The translations under genes were made by a program, and so were the position numbers. DNA of 63,717 nt, filler included, from Perkinsus chesapeaki ATCC PRA-425 (taxonomy: Eukaryota; Protista; Perkinsozoa), in NCBI GenBank assembly GCA_013115145.1. It is 7 parts of 7 records of this genome, joined end to end, with 100 filler letters (N's around TTAATTAATTAA, not from the genome) between each part and the next. Parts side by side here need not be neighbours in the genome. Positions count along the whole stretch, not along the records: positions 1 to 31,688 come from JAAPAO010000415.1; positions 31,789 to 33,312 come from JAAPAO010001913.1; positions 33,413 to 58,157 come from JAAPAO010000538.1; 4 more parts are not named here. The stretch is one strand, 5' to 3'. Under the pieces are notes generated by a model. That model was not told where the DNA came from, made no database searches, and worked only from the letters and a program-made list of their open reading frames with translations. How positions within the stretch are numbered: the first letter of the stretch is position 1; each line of letters begins with the position of its first letter. Shown one piece after another: positions 27,702 through 40,599 of this stretch.

Positions 27702-28671
27702 CGACCAGTTTAATAGAAAATATGCCCCCAATGAAATCCGAAACATAGAATGGACTCCCTCTCTCCACACTTGAGCACGTGCCCCCAAGCACGACGCGCT
27801 CGAATTATTGGGCCAACCTAATATGAAGATGATACCCCAACGGAAGGATTCTACAGCGATGGAGACTTCCACCCTCCAACCAGATTGTCAGGACTAGATA
27901 ACTCAACCGCGGAGGCATGACAGAAAGTGAGCAACTGTTCCGAACGGAGTTCCCAATACAACACAGTGGTGATGTCTCTCACCATGATTCTCAACTATAC
28001 ACTTAAAGTCTCAGTGGCCCCAGGACGGGGCACCATATAACCAAGACTATAACTGCAGCAGGCCGGCGGCAGATGAAGCGTGATATACAATCTTATTGGC
28101 GACTTGCCGCTCGCCGGACCTACTGCGACTACACGAACGATGACCTCGACGATCTACATGACAACAATTGAAAAGAGATAATTTTAAATACACTCCCACT
28201 TAGCTATGATAATATCGATCACGCGATCGATTCGTTATCATTGGTTCCTTCTCTGACCTATAGCGACAGAAAAGGTGAAGACAAGCAGATAGGACAAGTC
28301 AAGCAAGACACGCGAGGACGACGACATAATACACAACTACAACTACAACGCCGTCGCCGCCGCCGCAGGTATATAGGGCTATATGAGGAATCCTTTCAAT
28401 GGTAGTTGTTGTTTATTATTAAATCATCATAACCATTAACAACAAACGGTTGCAGGCGCTCCATTATCATCACCAGCTTTGGAATGGTGCGTACGGAATC
28501 TCCGGTGCCGAGGGAAAAGGTAATCACTGCCATGTCTATTACTAATCACAGTCAGAGGCAGCAACAGCAGCAATAGAAGGTAAGCTTTATAAATACACAG
28601 AAAATACTTGTAGAATATCATCAATAACCAAACGGTATTATTGAAGGGGTGCTGATGGTATCAGTGATGAG

Positions 28672-28716
28672 CTGAAAATAAGAATGCCGCAGCCGGGAAT
28701 CGAACTTGGGACCTAC
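28672..28716 (-). other. 45-nt GT-AG segment made of a tRNA 3' half (candidate tRNA-derived intron)
   Basis: GTAGGTCCCAAGTTCGATTCCCGGCTGCGGCA TTCTTATTTTCAG; host gene structure unresolved. Confidence 0.55.
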
Positions 28717-30149
28717 TGTATATTAAACCAATTCCCTGTCTATATAGCCATAACTGGCCATACCTGCCCCAATGCTTCCAGTGGTGCTTGTCGAGGCATT
28801 CGAATATGTTCCTAAATAATACAACGAGGATACCCTAGTTGATGGAGCTTGAGCGTGCACTCCACTCCACGAAAGATACTCCGTTATAGAGAAAACAGGC
28901 GCCGGTTGTCTTGCAACATCCCATGTGACCTCGGCGTTGAGAGAGCTCCCAAGATCCCTCATTGCAGTGTTTTTGAAGAAGTACCGAAGACACCTACAAT
29001 CCACTCGGGTAACTTTCGCATCAGCAGCGCGTCTTGCTCAACTGCGCCTTTCTTTATTGAAATTAGTAACTTTCTGTTCTCAGCAACTTTCTTCTACTGT
29101 TCACCACAAATAAAGACTTTTTCAAGTACAATTCCCATGCCTTCTTATATTATCCCACGCCTGCTGCTTTATCATTGCCGGTGCTATACAACTATAAAAT
29201 ATAAGAGTATGCGATATACACTATCTAACCATCTGATGTATCAATATATCCTATATAGGGAATTTAAGACATTATATTTTACATTATAACCTCCCAAACT
29301 GACGCCTCTATGCCTGTCGTCGGAGAATTTATTACCTTTCCAGACCGATCTCTCACAAAACATTCCGAAAAATCCTTCCCTCGTAGCCAAGACTGCCCCT
29401 ATTACCCTGACACCATTCCGAAGCCGTTGCATTGGTGGCCGCCGCCTTGCCAACTGGCATGCTCTCTGGCATGCTGCCATTCCAATACATTTGGGTAGAG
29501 TTATAATCGAAATGCCGTATATAGTCTTGAGAGCGATGATTATGATGATGATGAGAACGATGGCGAGTAGGATATTCACCAGGCCTCTCCACAACAGGTG
29601 CGCTAAAATCCGCTCTCATAGGTGGGACTGCTGCCACTGGACGGTTCGCTGGTACTGGTGCCGGGATGACCTCCCCCGTTTTACACAGTACTTGACTGCC
29701 ATCAGTTCTCTTACACAGTACATGGGCTCCTCGTCGTCGAGCCTAACATCGACCGAGTTACATTATGTGCGCTAATATCCAAGCTTTCATTCTGCAAACT
29801 ACCCTGCCGCCGTACCCCCCTATCGTAGCTCAACAATTCCGGTTGGGATTATACCCTAGCTGACTCTAGCCACCGTACTAGGATATATATCGTTACATAT
29901 ACTCATTACATCACAGCATTATAGATACACTAAATGAACTTCCAAGCAAGTTAAATACGGTAGAAATATATTCGATGCCAGCAGCTACGGTATGAATAAA
30001 TTACTCGTATTTTTCACACAATTTTAGGCCTACTAAATTATCCACGAACCACAAGAATCGTTCTGTTGATTAAACATGTGTTTTCTTTAATAAGGAGACT
30101 GCAGTTAGTTTAGTCGTCACAATTATTTCTATATCGTCTTCTCCCTCTA

Positions 30150-31150
30150 CTACCTTTTTAGCTAGGGTCAGCATGTTATCAATAAGCTCCTTACTCATGC
30201 CTTCCCTATCGACTTGTCGTCCCGGAGATGGTCTCTCCTACATTGATTAATCATACCAGACTTCCTACCAATCATGCCTACCTGCAGAGGCGGGCTCAGC
30301 TTTAATACCATCTTAGGCTCGGCTCCCCGAGTCCTCGAAGCAACCCTCGTCAGAGTGTGACGTCCACTTTTCTTACGCCGACGAGCGTCGTCCAGTAAAG
30401 AACGAGTCAGTCTGGGGGATGGCGGAGTGTTGAAAACATCTGAAACGCGCGATGGATGCTAGCAGGTATCCCTTCACAGTAAAATACTATTATCGATAAC
30501 TCGCCCTCAATGCCTACGACAACTCTGCCTAACAATTGCTCTTGGTTGTCGAACAGGACAGAGCATTGAATAGTTAACAACGCTGATGATTCCCTACTGA
30601 GATCAGCCAAGCTTGAACTACTATAAAAGGCGGGATCCTCAAGCCTAATTCATCTTAGTAGGGAATTCAACGACAACAGTAAGTAACCCATAACCATATT
30701 ACGCTCAGGATCGGTTATAGCCTTAACCTTATTCCTTGAATGCAGAGATGCCGGCAGTCCCTCATTCCAATATCCCTGCGGTCGACTGTTAGGTACGAAC
30801 GGCGGCGGTGGGGGCGGGGGCGGGGGCGCTTGTCCAGGGTAGACCGTGTCCATAGGGGGTCCCATTGGAGGATGCCTTATAAGCCCATAGGCAGTAGGAT
30901 CGAAATTACACGGTCTATTGTTGCCCTGTTGTTGTCGAGTCTAATAATATATATACCTTATATAGGTGTATACCCTAACTAACCTGTGGAGGTGTTGGTC
31001 GAAGGTAAGCAGGGGGGATAGAGGATGCTGGCGCAGAGGGCGCTGGTACTATACCCTTTCCAGTACTTCTATAATATTGCTGACTATCTCGGTTAATACC
31101 ATTCCGAGGGGGCCGCAAAGGGGATGTGTATTGCTGGCTAGACGCGGCTA
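30150..31150 (-). CDS. Hypothetical proline-rich protein, partial model
   Basis: ORFs 30650-30865 (PPPPPPPPP..KAITDPERNMVMGYLLLSLNS) and 30407-30610 flanked by splice signals. Confidence 0.35.
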
Positions 31151-31688
31151 TATAGTCACATGGCCGAGATTGACCATAGGTTTGGAGCCTAAGAGAATCA
31201 TAGCTTCATGTGTGCATTATACAGACGACAAAGATTCGAAATGAGGTTGGTATATTACTCAGAAAAGGGACCTCGTCTTGCTGGTGAATCAAAAATTGCC
31301 CCTGGAGGTGCCCAACTGGCGTCCGTATAAGACATACAAAGAAACCACTGCCAATAACGCTCAATTGTAGGAACTGGTATCCGAGGTCGAAGGGTGCAAG
31401 GTATCCAGTACGTTAAATCCCGGTTGCCTGCTCCCCACCAAGGCTTTCCATCCCAGGAAAGACCATCAGTATCTTAAAGCGATCAAGCGTACGTAGCTAC
31501 GAATTTATCAAACTAAGTTACTGTAGTCTTGACATAATAATAGCGCCACTCACACACATTGTGGCTGAATCCAGCTCTAACGATTATATGCCGTGCAAAA
31601 ACGTCCCAAACAAATTGTGAGGGTGTGATGTTGTCGGACGGAGCGAAGCGGGACAGCGTTCGCACAATTGTGTCAAAGATACTCTTTG

Positions 31689-31788
31689 NNNNNNNNNNNN
31701 NNNNNNNNNNNNNNNNNNNNNNNNNNNNNNNNTTAATTAATTAANNNNNNNNNNNNNNNNNNNNNNNNNNNNNNNNNNNNNNNNNNNN
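31689..31788. other. Assembly spacer (N..TTAATTAATTAA..N, 100 nt); identical spacers at 33313-33412, 58158-58257, 59845-59944, 61258-61357 and 62542-62641
   Basis: Identical length and a central linker with stops in all six frames. Confidence 0.98.
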
Positions 31789-32553
31789 ACCCCAATTTCA
31801 TATACCAAAATCTCAATCCACACTTTTTCACACAAGCATATCTCGTACATTTTCATTCCGTGCTGAACTGAAAGAAATCGCATAAGTGTACGAGCCATCG
31901 GGTGCACGAGTTCGAGGAGTACGAAATCAAACTGAACCAAATCCTCGTGTACGACACTCCTATGAACGAAGTTTTTGCGTACTACTTGGCCCGGAACCTA
32001 TTTTTGGTGTATCACATTTTGTCGACAGAGATTTGAGTGTACGGGAATTTGGTGTACCAGTTAAAGGTCAAAAATTCCGTGTATGAGTTTCATGTGTACG
32101 TAATTCATGTGTACCAATCGTTATACACCCTATCCTGTTATCATCCACGTTCAACGATGATCAACTTATACTTTCCGCTATGTCGTAGCTTAAATTCTAC
32201 TACTTCTCGACAACGATCTCTCCATGACTATAGTAAATGTCTGTCGAAGTGGCACTCAGAGTGATAACAGGATGCCAACTTGGCATTGCCAAAATCTGAT
32301 GTCCGGGTAGACTGTAGCAGCTCAAGTCGTTGAATGGATAGTCAGACTACCATAATCTGCATTATACAGACTATGAAGGCTGCGTAGGCTAAGGATCATA
32401 GCTAAGGCGGAGAGCGTAATAGAGAATAAATTCCCTAGTGGCTGCCTCCTCCCCGTGGAGCTACCAAAACTGACTCGTACTCTTCAACGTTCAAGTTATT
32501 TTCACTTCCTTCGCACGATAATCTGCCCGTCGCTTGAGTCGAATATGCGATAC

Positions 32554-32647
32554 GGCTCTTAGGTTGCTGTTCGCGTCACACTGGGCAAGGAAGAGGGCTC
32601 TCAGGTTGCTGTTAGCGTCACACTGGGCAAGGAAGAGGGCTCTCAGG
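32554..32647 (+). repeat. 42-bp tandem duplication
   Basis: GGCTCT(T/C)AGGTTGCTGTT(C/A)GCGTCACACTGGGCAAGGAAGAG x2 plus a partial copy. Confidence 0.85.
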
Positions 32648-33412
32648 CAGCGAGAAAATATTTTTTAGACTCTTGCGAAATAGAGGTTGACAGCATTTAG
32701 CAGTCTAACTGAGCTCATGGGGACGCCTAATCGAGTGAGGCTGTGTGGCAAGACTGAATACTTCGAGTCCTAGAGATGGAGCTTGCTGTTGCCGGTAGTT
32801 CACTCATAGGGATGAACTCAAAGCAAGGGAGGGTCAACAAAGGCTTCTATTCGATCTTCAGCTATGGGGGCGAATTAGTTACGTAATAATCGATTAACCG
32901 CGCAGAGTCGAGTGGAGGCGGTAACACTTGCGCCATTGTGTTTTCGTAGTTGTACACAGGCCCTTGGTTGCGTAAGTGAATTCTGCTAGAAGGAGTAGGA
33001 TCTCTTGAGACTGGCTACATTCGTTTTTGATAAACCCTGATAAACAGTGACAATAACAGTTTAGGTATTAAACTCTCGTTCTGAAGCTGCACATAGAATG
33101 GATAGTCTAACTAAGCCAATTTCGGCGTTGGACTATAAACTCACACACACACGCGTCATTTGAGTGGCACACTGAGAGAGTTACTCAACGTGACTCCTTG
33201 TGACAGAAATAAGAGTAAATGAGGAAAGCTGTAATCCATAAACAAAAGCTCATACCATTAGCCTCAGTTTGAGGCCGTCAAAGCATGTGAGTCAGGTTCT
33301 GACTGCCAGAAANNNNNNNNNNNNNNNNNNNNNNNNNNNNNNNNNNNNNNNNNNNNTTAATTAATTAANNNNNNNNNNNNNNNNNNNNNNNNNNNNNNNN
33401 NNNNNNNNNNNN

Positions 33413-33623
33413 GCTCAGTGTAGGTTTCTATCAGCGCTCAGTGTAGGTTTCCATCAGCGCTCAGTGTAGGTTTCCATCAGCGCTCAGTGTAGGTTTCCAT
33501 CAGCGCTCAGTGTAGGTTTCTATCAGCGCTCAGTGTAGGTTTCCATCAGCGCTCAGTGTAGGTTTCTATCAGCGCTCAGTGTAGGTTTCCATCAGCGCTC
33601 AGTGTAGGTTTCTATCAGCGCTC
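33413..33623 (+). repeat. 23-bp minisatellite, 9 copies, truncated by the contig edge
   Basis: GCTCAGTGTAGGTTTC(C/T)ATCAGC with a single variable site. Confidence 0.95.
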
Positions 33624-33654
33624 TGTTGTGTTGTATAGTAGTCCATCCTCGTAG

Positions 33655-36307
33655 CATTCCCCTAAAGTCAGTAATAGATCATCCCCAAATAATATGATGA
33701 TCTACCCTCGCCCACGATGGTGGTTGTCGTTCTATGACCTCGTCGATATCGTTTATGCGATTGTCCAAGCAATAGTCATGGCTATACCAGTAGTGGCTCC
33801 CCCTAACCCCAATGCCTGGTATGTGCCTCTTATGGTAAGGCTGGCTAAGAAGCGTTAGCGCCGTCAGACTCCCTCTTCTATTAGGTATTCATGGGCCCGT
33901 CAACTGCACCTCTTGCACCTATGGAGCCGATACCAATGATTATCATCTCCATCGTCTGCATGCTAATGTTTTGCTTCCCGTGTGCCATCGGCTTTCTCGT
34001 CCATTACCTCGGAATGGTGGCATCTGGTGGAACTATGAATCGTGCTTGGGCTTGCTTCGCTGTCCTGCCCTTCACTATGCTGCTTTCTCTGTGTCTTCCA
34101 GAGGCTCGTACTAAGTTCAGCAAGGTTGTATCTCCTGCTCTTATAATGGCTTTCTGTTACGTGCCCGTTGGTTTCTATATGCAGGACCCTTACCTCGAAG
34201 TCGGTACCATGCTACTCTTAGCTCTTTGGTTGCTTGCCATTGCGTGCGGCGTATCAATTGTCTGGAAACTGCTCCACTGGATACCGTACAAGGGACCAGA
34301 ACCACCTCAAGTGTTCGCCTATACATATGCTGACTTCTTCGATATTCTTATCGGTTACTTCGATTCCGCTACCGACCACCCTGAAGTGATTAAAACTACC
34401 TTCGATCAGTTCAATGAAGCGTGCATGGCCCTTGCTCCATGCAAGAAAATATCTCCCCTTGAAAGCGAAGTCATGTGGAACATGGCGGGTGAACTCCTTG
34501 CTCTTTATGACTGTCTTAATGAACATCAGTTCGATCGTATCACCCGAAAGGTGCTTTGGCAACCTTTGGCATCTGAAGTGCTCGATATTCGCTCTGCTGT
34601 GGGACGGGTGATGAGGAAAACCGCTGACGGTGACCCCATAAGAGCAGACATGAATATACAAGAGGATATCGATGCCCTCCAGAAACACGCGGGCGAGGTG
34701 TCCGATACCTTACGAGATTGCCAGGCTCTCGCTGGTAAGGAGCTTGATCGAGTCCAAGTAACTCGTTTTTATTATGCCATCGAGTCGATTCTGTCAATAG
34801 CAGTCTTGGCAGAGAAATACCGAGTTTTGCATGTGAAAGCTGATGAAGCGGCAAAGGAGAAGGCTGAAAAGAATAAGGTAAGCCATAAAGAAAACTGACA
34901 ACGTTATTTTCACTTCTTCAGCAACTGAGCCTCTGTACCAAAACGGCCGGCCTAAGCAAGACCATTTGGAGTGCGATAAAGGGATGGTTGAAGCGGCCAC
35001 TCTTTGATGATCTTCATGGCTCCTCCGATCTTATGTCTCGTATGCGAGTTCCCCTTCGAACCGCCTTTGGCATGAATATTCTTTGCACTATGCTTGTACT
35101 GTGGGGTAACTACAGTGAGATTGTCAGACTTCATGGCTTCTGGGCGGTTATACCACAATACGTTCTTTACCTACCAACTGCTGGTGCCACTCTATTAAAA
35201 GGAACTAGACGTATGATTGGCACCCTACTAGCTGGAGTGGTGTCAGTGCTCTGCCTTTACCTGCATCCTGGCAATATGGCAGCCTTCTTTGTTGAGAACA
35301 TTTTGTTCGTAATCATTGCAAAGCTCGGCCTAAAGGACAAGAGGGTCGGCTACGCTGCTTATGTGTTCTACTTTACTTGGTCAATCATAGGATGGGGATC
35401 TATATTGGTGCCCATGCCCGAATCGCAGCAGTTACAAGTAGCACTGTGGCGTCTTGTCTTCACCACCGGCGGTGTGCTCCTAATGCTTCTTTCGAGCTGC
35501 TTGATATTCCCTAACTTCGCTGCTACTCAATTGATCGAGGCTAGCAAAACATCCATTGAAAGTGTGGCAGAAGATGTGGCTCCCCTTCTACTTGGTGGGT
35601 ACTTGAAAGATTGCGAAGGAGAGGACCAACGACTTGCTGCCCTTGTCGAAAATTGGCAAAACTTTGGCCGAGAGGCATACAATCAGATAGCCTCTCGCAT
35701 TAACTTGAAGATTGATTCAGCTGCTGAGATAGCTGTTTACGGTAGACTTCATTTGGTCCCAGAGCTGAGCAAGCGTGTTTGGCGAGAACAGAAGTACATC
35801 ACCAACATTCAGCGCAGCGGTCTTGTTCTCTTCACTTCGGTGATCGTTCTCTACCCTCACGCTAAAGATCCGCAAATTCAGGACCTCTTCCGCCCTGCGA
35901 CAGATATAATAATAGCATTTGGTAAAGCTGTTCAAGCTTCCGGTACAAGGATGACGGAATTCCTCAAAACCGGTGTCCTGTCCAATGTGTCTGCGGCCGA
36001 TGATGATCTCCACGTTGAAGTTCAAAGATGTCTCGAGGCCATGCACGACTTGCAGGATAGAATCGCGACTGAGTTCTTGGCGAATCCAAACAGGCAGGGT
36101 GATCCATCGGCCATTATGAAGCTGTTCCATGCAGCTTATGCTCTATGCGACTTCGCCACTTCCTGGGAAGAGCTGGAGAATGCCCTTCTGGGCAAAAGGG
36201 TTCCTTGCGAAATGGCTGAGAGTTTACCTAATGAAGGTTCCTCCAATCCTTCTCAGACGGTTCCTACGTTGCGAGGGAGGGTACCATCTTCAGCTACTAC
36301 AGCCTGA
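33655..36307 (+). CDS. ALMT / aromatic-acid-exporter (FUSC-like) multi-pass membrane protein, possibly 5'-truncated
   Basis: ORFs 33891-34898 and 34988-36307 join in frame via GTAAGC..cttcag (KNK|QLSLC); GFWAVIPQYVLYLPTAGATLLKGTRRMIGTLLAG matches the ALMT/FUSC WAV..GAT.KG..R..GTL motif; two TM clusters. Confidence 0.75.
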
Positions 36308-38311
36308 ATACGTCATTCATCCTGTTGCGTTGGCTACAACTGTGACTGTATTCATTTAGAAAACATTATCTTCGTATTCTAAATTGCTGTGGTGCTAGTC
36401 AGTCATAAGAGACGGGATCTGGTACAAACCAGTCTAAAGGTATAATACGTAATGGATGGCGAAAACAACACTACCGAGTCGTAAAGCGAGGTTAGTTGCG
36501 TTACTCGGCGACGAAGGTAGGATGCCTGTCACATTGGGATGTTGAATAGCCCTACCGGAGGCAAACTGGCTAAGCCGCGCAACAAATATCCGCTACGCGT
36601 ACGGAAAGCGCACAATCCTCTGAGGCGCTAAGTCAGATCGGCAGTTGTGCATTGCGGAGCTTGCCTCTTGTTATGTACCCTCTATCGAATGCTTGTCACG
36701 CTTAGATTGTTGTGGCAAGCGTCGGACGATCGTCATTCGTTCACCGGTCCCCCTCAGTGGAGCGAACCGACCCGCCTACCCCGACAACAAGCTTCACGCT
36801 GCGCTGGCTTGGAACGCTTTTTCCAGTGCAGAAAAGCCATTCCCTAGTTCCAAGCTAGGTTGCTACGTGCTGTTCAATAAAATACAAGGCACGGCATGCC
36901 CGCCCGCAGTATTCTCTTGGTGGCTTCAATGTGAGATTTTTCTCACCGTAGGATGCATGAGTTACTTGATCGTGTATTGATCTGCCTCTAAGTTACCTAA
37001 CAAGCGGGTCACACAAACTGCACCATCAGAGAATTTTGCTACTACAACAAGCTGCTAATAAGCAAAGCGACATTGCTGAGAATGGCACAGGTTATTAAGT
37101 AGTCGTTGCAGTGCAGTGTCACGCGAAAGTGACCCCTTTCGAATGATGGTGCGCAAGCCCATCAGTAGCTGTACGCTATAACGCATTTAAAGTACAGTTG
37201 CACGCATATACAGCACTTAAAACAGATCGCTTGCATTTCGGTGACATGCAACACTTTTCATGATCTTTCGTTTGCAGACTTCTTCTCTCCTTCCAGCGTA
37301 TCCTCTATCGATCCCTGAGTGGCCCTGAGAAGGAGGGCAGTGGTGTGCCCGCTGTTCAGCACTGATAGTTACTCACCTTATGGGTTTCTGTGAATCGAAC
37401 ATAGAATGGGGGCCGATCCCACCCATTGAGCAACCGACTCCTTTGAGCCGCTCAAATACTTTACGATTGGGTTGTATCGGTTGTGAGTTTGGCACGGTCC
37501 GCTGCCAACGCACACTTCGTCATGAGGAGGGTCTACGCCTACTAGCTGCTTCCATGTATTATGATCGTGGATGGTAGCCCTCATTGAGGGCTGTATGATA
37601 TCCAGTCCTCGATCCCTGCCAAGCAAAGCTCACCATTGCGTCGGTACAGCGGTCGCGCACAAATGGTCAGAATTGTGACAGCTGTCCCGTTTCCTTCCTT
37701 GATTGATACGGCCTCTAGTTTCAAGGGTTGCCATCCGCGTCGGAATTTCATACCGTATTGGTTGGCACCCACCATACGTTTTTGCCTCCGCAGGTCTTCG
37801 CTCCTGTTTATAGTAAGTGCAATAAGATATGCTAGCAGCGCTGTCTCGGATACTGCAGTAGACTATGGCTATCATACACTGTATGATGTTCGCTATGAAA
37901 TTGCCCAACGTCATAATTAGCTTTCATTTTGATGACCGTTACATGCCTTCAGAGGTTTATTACTGAGTCGGTATTAAACCTCTGAAGTCATGTCAGTAAT
38001 TCTATGAACGAATTCCTGCTGTATACTTGGGTAGGGACAAATACGAGCCAACCTCGCTGGAAGCAGGCAACGGTTGGATTTTCACAATTCTCAAGCTTCA
38101 TTCCTAGCATTAGCAACAGACGTATTAGTGGTAGCTACTTGGTTAGGAGGCTTGAGCAGCGACACCGTGCTAGCTGTTGGAGTATTCCGTTAGCGTCGCC
38201 ACGCAGGCGACCCAGATGATATGCCATTCAACTTGTGTTTCACCAATAACGTGTAATTTGGGGGTTATCGCGAGTGTTCTAGTTGAGGGTAATCGCTCAT
38301 GTCTATCTCAG

Positions 38312-39708
38312 CAGCTGAGTCTCTGGACCAAGATGGTGGGAGGACTTAAGGTCATTGGAGGCGCTGTGAAGAAATGGTTGAAGCGCCCGCTGTTTAACGA
38401 TTTGCACGGCTATTCCGATCTTATTTCCCGTATGCGAATTCCCGTACGAACCGCTTTAAGCATGAGTATAGTTTGCACTATGCTTGTACTGTGGGGTAAT
38501 TACAGCGAGAATGTTAGACTTCATGGCTTCTGGGCGGTCATACCACAATACGTTCTTTACCTACCAACTGCTGGTGCCACTCTATTAAAAGGCACTAAGC
38601 GTATCATCGGTACCTTACTTGGTGGCGCGTTGGCAGTGCTCTGCCTCTACCTGCATCCTGATAATATGGCTGCCTTCTTAGAAGGCCCTTCTATGTTGAA
38701 AATATTCTGCTCGTTATGGTAGCGAAGTGTGGTTTAAAGAACAAGACTATCGGCTACGCTACTTACGTATTCTCTTTTACGTGGATGATCGTTGGATGGG
38801 GTCCATCATGATACCCATGCCCGAGTCCGAGCAATTCTCAGTGGCCTTATGGCGTTTCGTCTTCACCACTGGCGGTGTGCTTCTAGTTATCCTTACCAGC
38901 TGTCTTGTCTTCCCGAACTTCGCTGCTATTCAACTAATCAAAGCGAGTGAGAGGTCTATTCAAAGTGTGGCTGAAGGCATTGCTCCCTTTCTGATTGGTG
39001 GCTCTCTTAAGCAGTGCGAAGGTGACGACGAGCGAATGGCTGCTCTGCTGCAGAAATGGCAAGACTTCGGCCGAGATACGTATACCGAGGTAGCTTCACG
39101 TATTAGTTTCATGGACGATGCCTCTGCGGAGATCGCTGTTTATGGTAAAGTCCATTTGGTGCCCGAGTTGAGCAAGTGGATTTGGTTGAAGCAGAAATAC
39201 ATAACAAACACCCAGCGAAGCGGCCTCGTACTTCTCACTTCAGTGGTGAAACTTAACTCACGCTCAGGACTCGGAGATACAAGAGCTTGTTAGCCCAGCC
39301 ACGCCTAGAATGCGCTCTTACGGAAAAGTTGTTCAAGCCTCTGCGACAAGGATGACTGAACTGCTACGAACTGGTGTCGTGTCCAGTTCCCTTGGTGTTT
39401 CCAATGCCGACGATGATCTCCATGTTGAAGTACAGAGGTGCATCGAGACCATGCAGGAGATGCAGAACCGCATCACCGATGAGTTCTTGGCGAGTCCTAA
39501 CACAAGTGGTGACACTTCTGCCATCATGGAGCTGTTTCCTGCAGCTTACGCATTAAGTGACTTTGCTCTTGTCTGGGAACAGCTGGAAAATGCACTTATG
39601 GGCGAGAGGCCCCCCTGCGAACTTGTTGAGCGCTCGCAACATACCGCGAGCTCTAGCGCTTCTGGAGCGGTTCCTACTCTGCGAGGGATCGCACAGCCTT
39701 CATCCTGA
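38312..39708 (+). pseudogene. Frameshifted partial duplicate of the last exon of the ALMT-like gene
   Basis: Colinear with 34922-36307 from the splice acceptor; 14-nt insertion near 38678, 1-nt deletion near 38800, 2-nt deletion near 39255. Confidence 0.85.
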
Positions 39709-40599
39709 CCAGCATGATTCCGTCGTCAGTTGAGTGTAATGGGACGGCTATGTCTTTATTCAGAAAGGAACTTTATCCGCATCCTTTTCGGTATCAATTT
39801 GAATGTCATGTTAATGGGAGTTTCGACAACCCAGGTCGGCTGGTAGCCAACGTAAGCTGGCAAATGCAGAACGGTTCATCACGATCCGGAAGTCCCTTGG
39901 GTGGTAGACTAACATCGCCAATGGTCTGCTTACGATCACGGTTATATCATGTTTGCAATTTGTAACAGCAACTCGATGAGGCCCGGTAAATATCCACTCT
40001 TTCTCGGCATGTTCACTAAGTCAGGCATCAAGCTGGGATTCATCGACCGTCATAGGGAGCTAAGCGTTGACCTCTGGTGACCACTGATGACTTCTTCGCT
40101 CTTGCAGTTCTTCACCATCTGCTTATCGTCTGCCCCTTCCGTTCAAGAATCTGAACGTGAATGTGCCGAGTGAGGTACTATCAGATGAATAGACGCTGAC
40201 GAATACAGTCTCTGAAACTTCACTGACCTTCGGAGTTCCCACAAGATTCGATTGATGCCAGCGGAGAGGATTTTGTGATCACGTAGCTTTCATCGGCGCA
40301 CGCTTCAGGTTCTGGCCAATGACACCAACCCCGCACGTTCACATCTCGCGCTTATGCCATTCCTAATGGCAACTTTGACCTCTAACTCGAAAGCTACCGT
40401 GGGGTAGCCTATCAACATTCTCCTTTGTTTTCTATCGTGGCCTGCATCGGCATGTTTCGCCGCCACGTACGGCGGTACGCGACTTATTTGCTCCACTAAC
40501 TCAACGCGACTCCCGATATTATCGACACCAATGACGTACAACAACGTGAACACGTGAATGCTACTAACACTTTACTGATCCACATCATCATCACAGAAT

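Noticed and set aside
31689-31788. Repeated TTAATTAATTAA palindrome at six sites, and ORFs containing X runs
   Set aside because: Always centred in an identical 100-nt N block; an artificial contig linker, not biology.
33413-33623. CRISPR-like array
   Set aside because: Units are directly adjacent with no unique spacers, there are no cas genes, and the context is eukaryotic.
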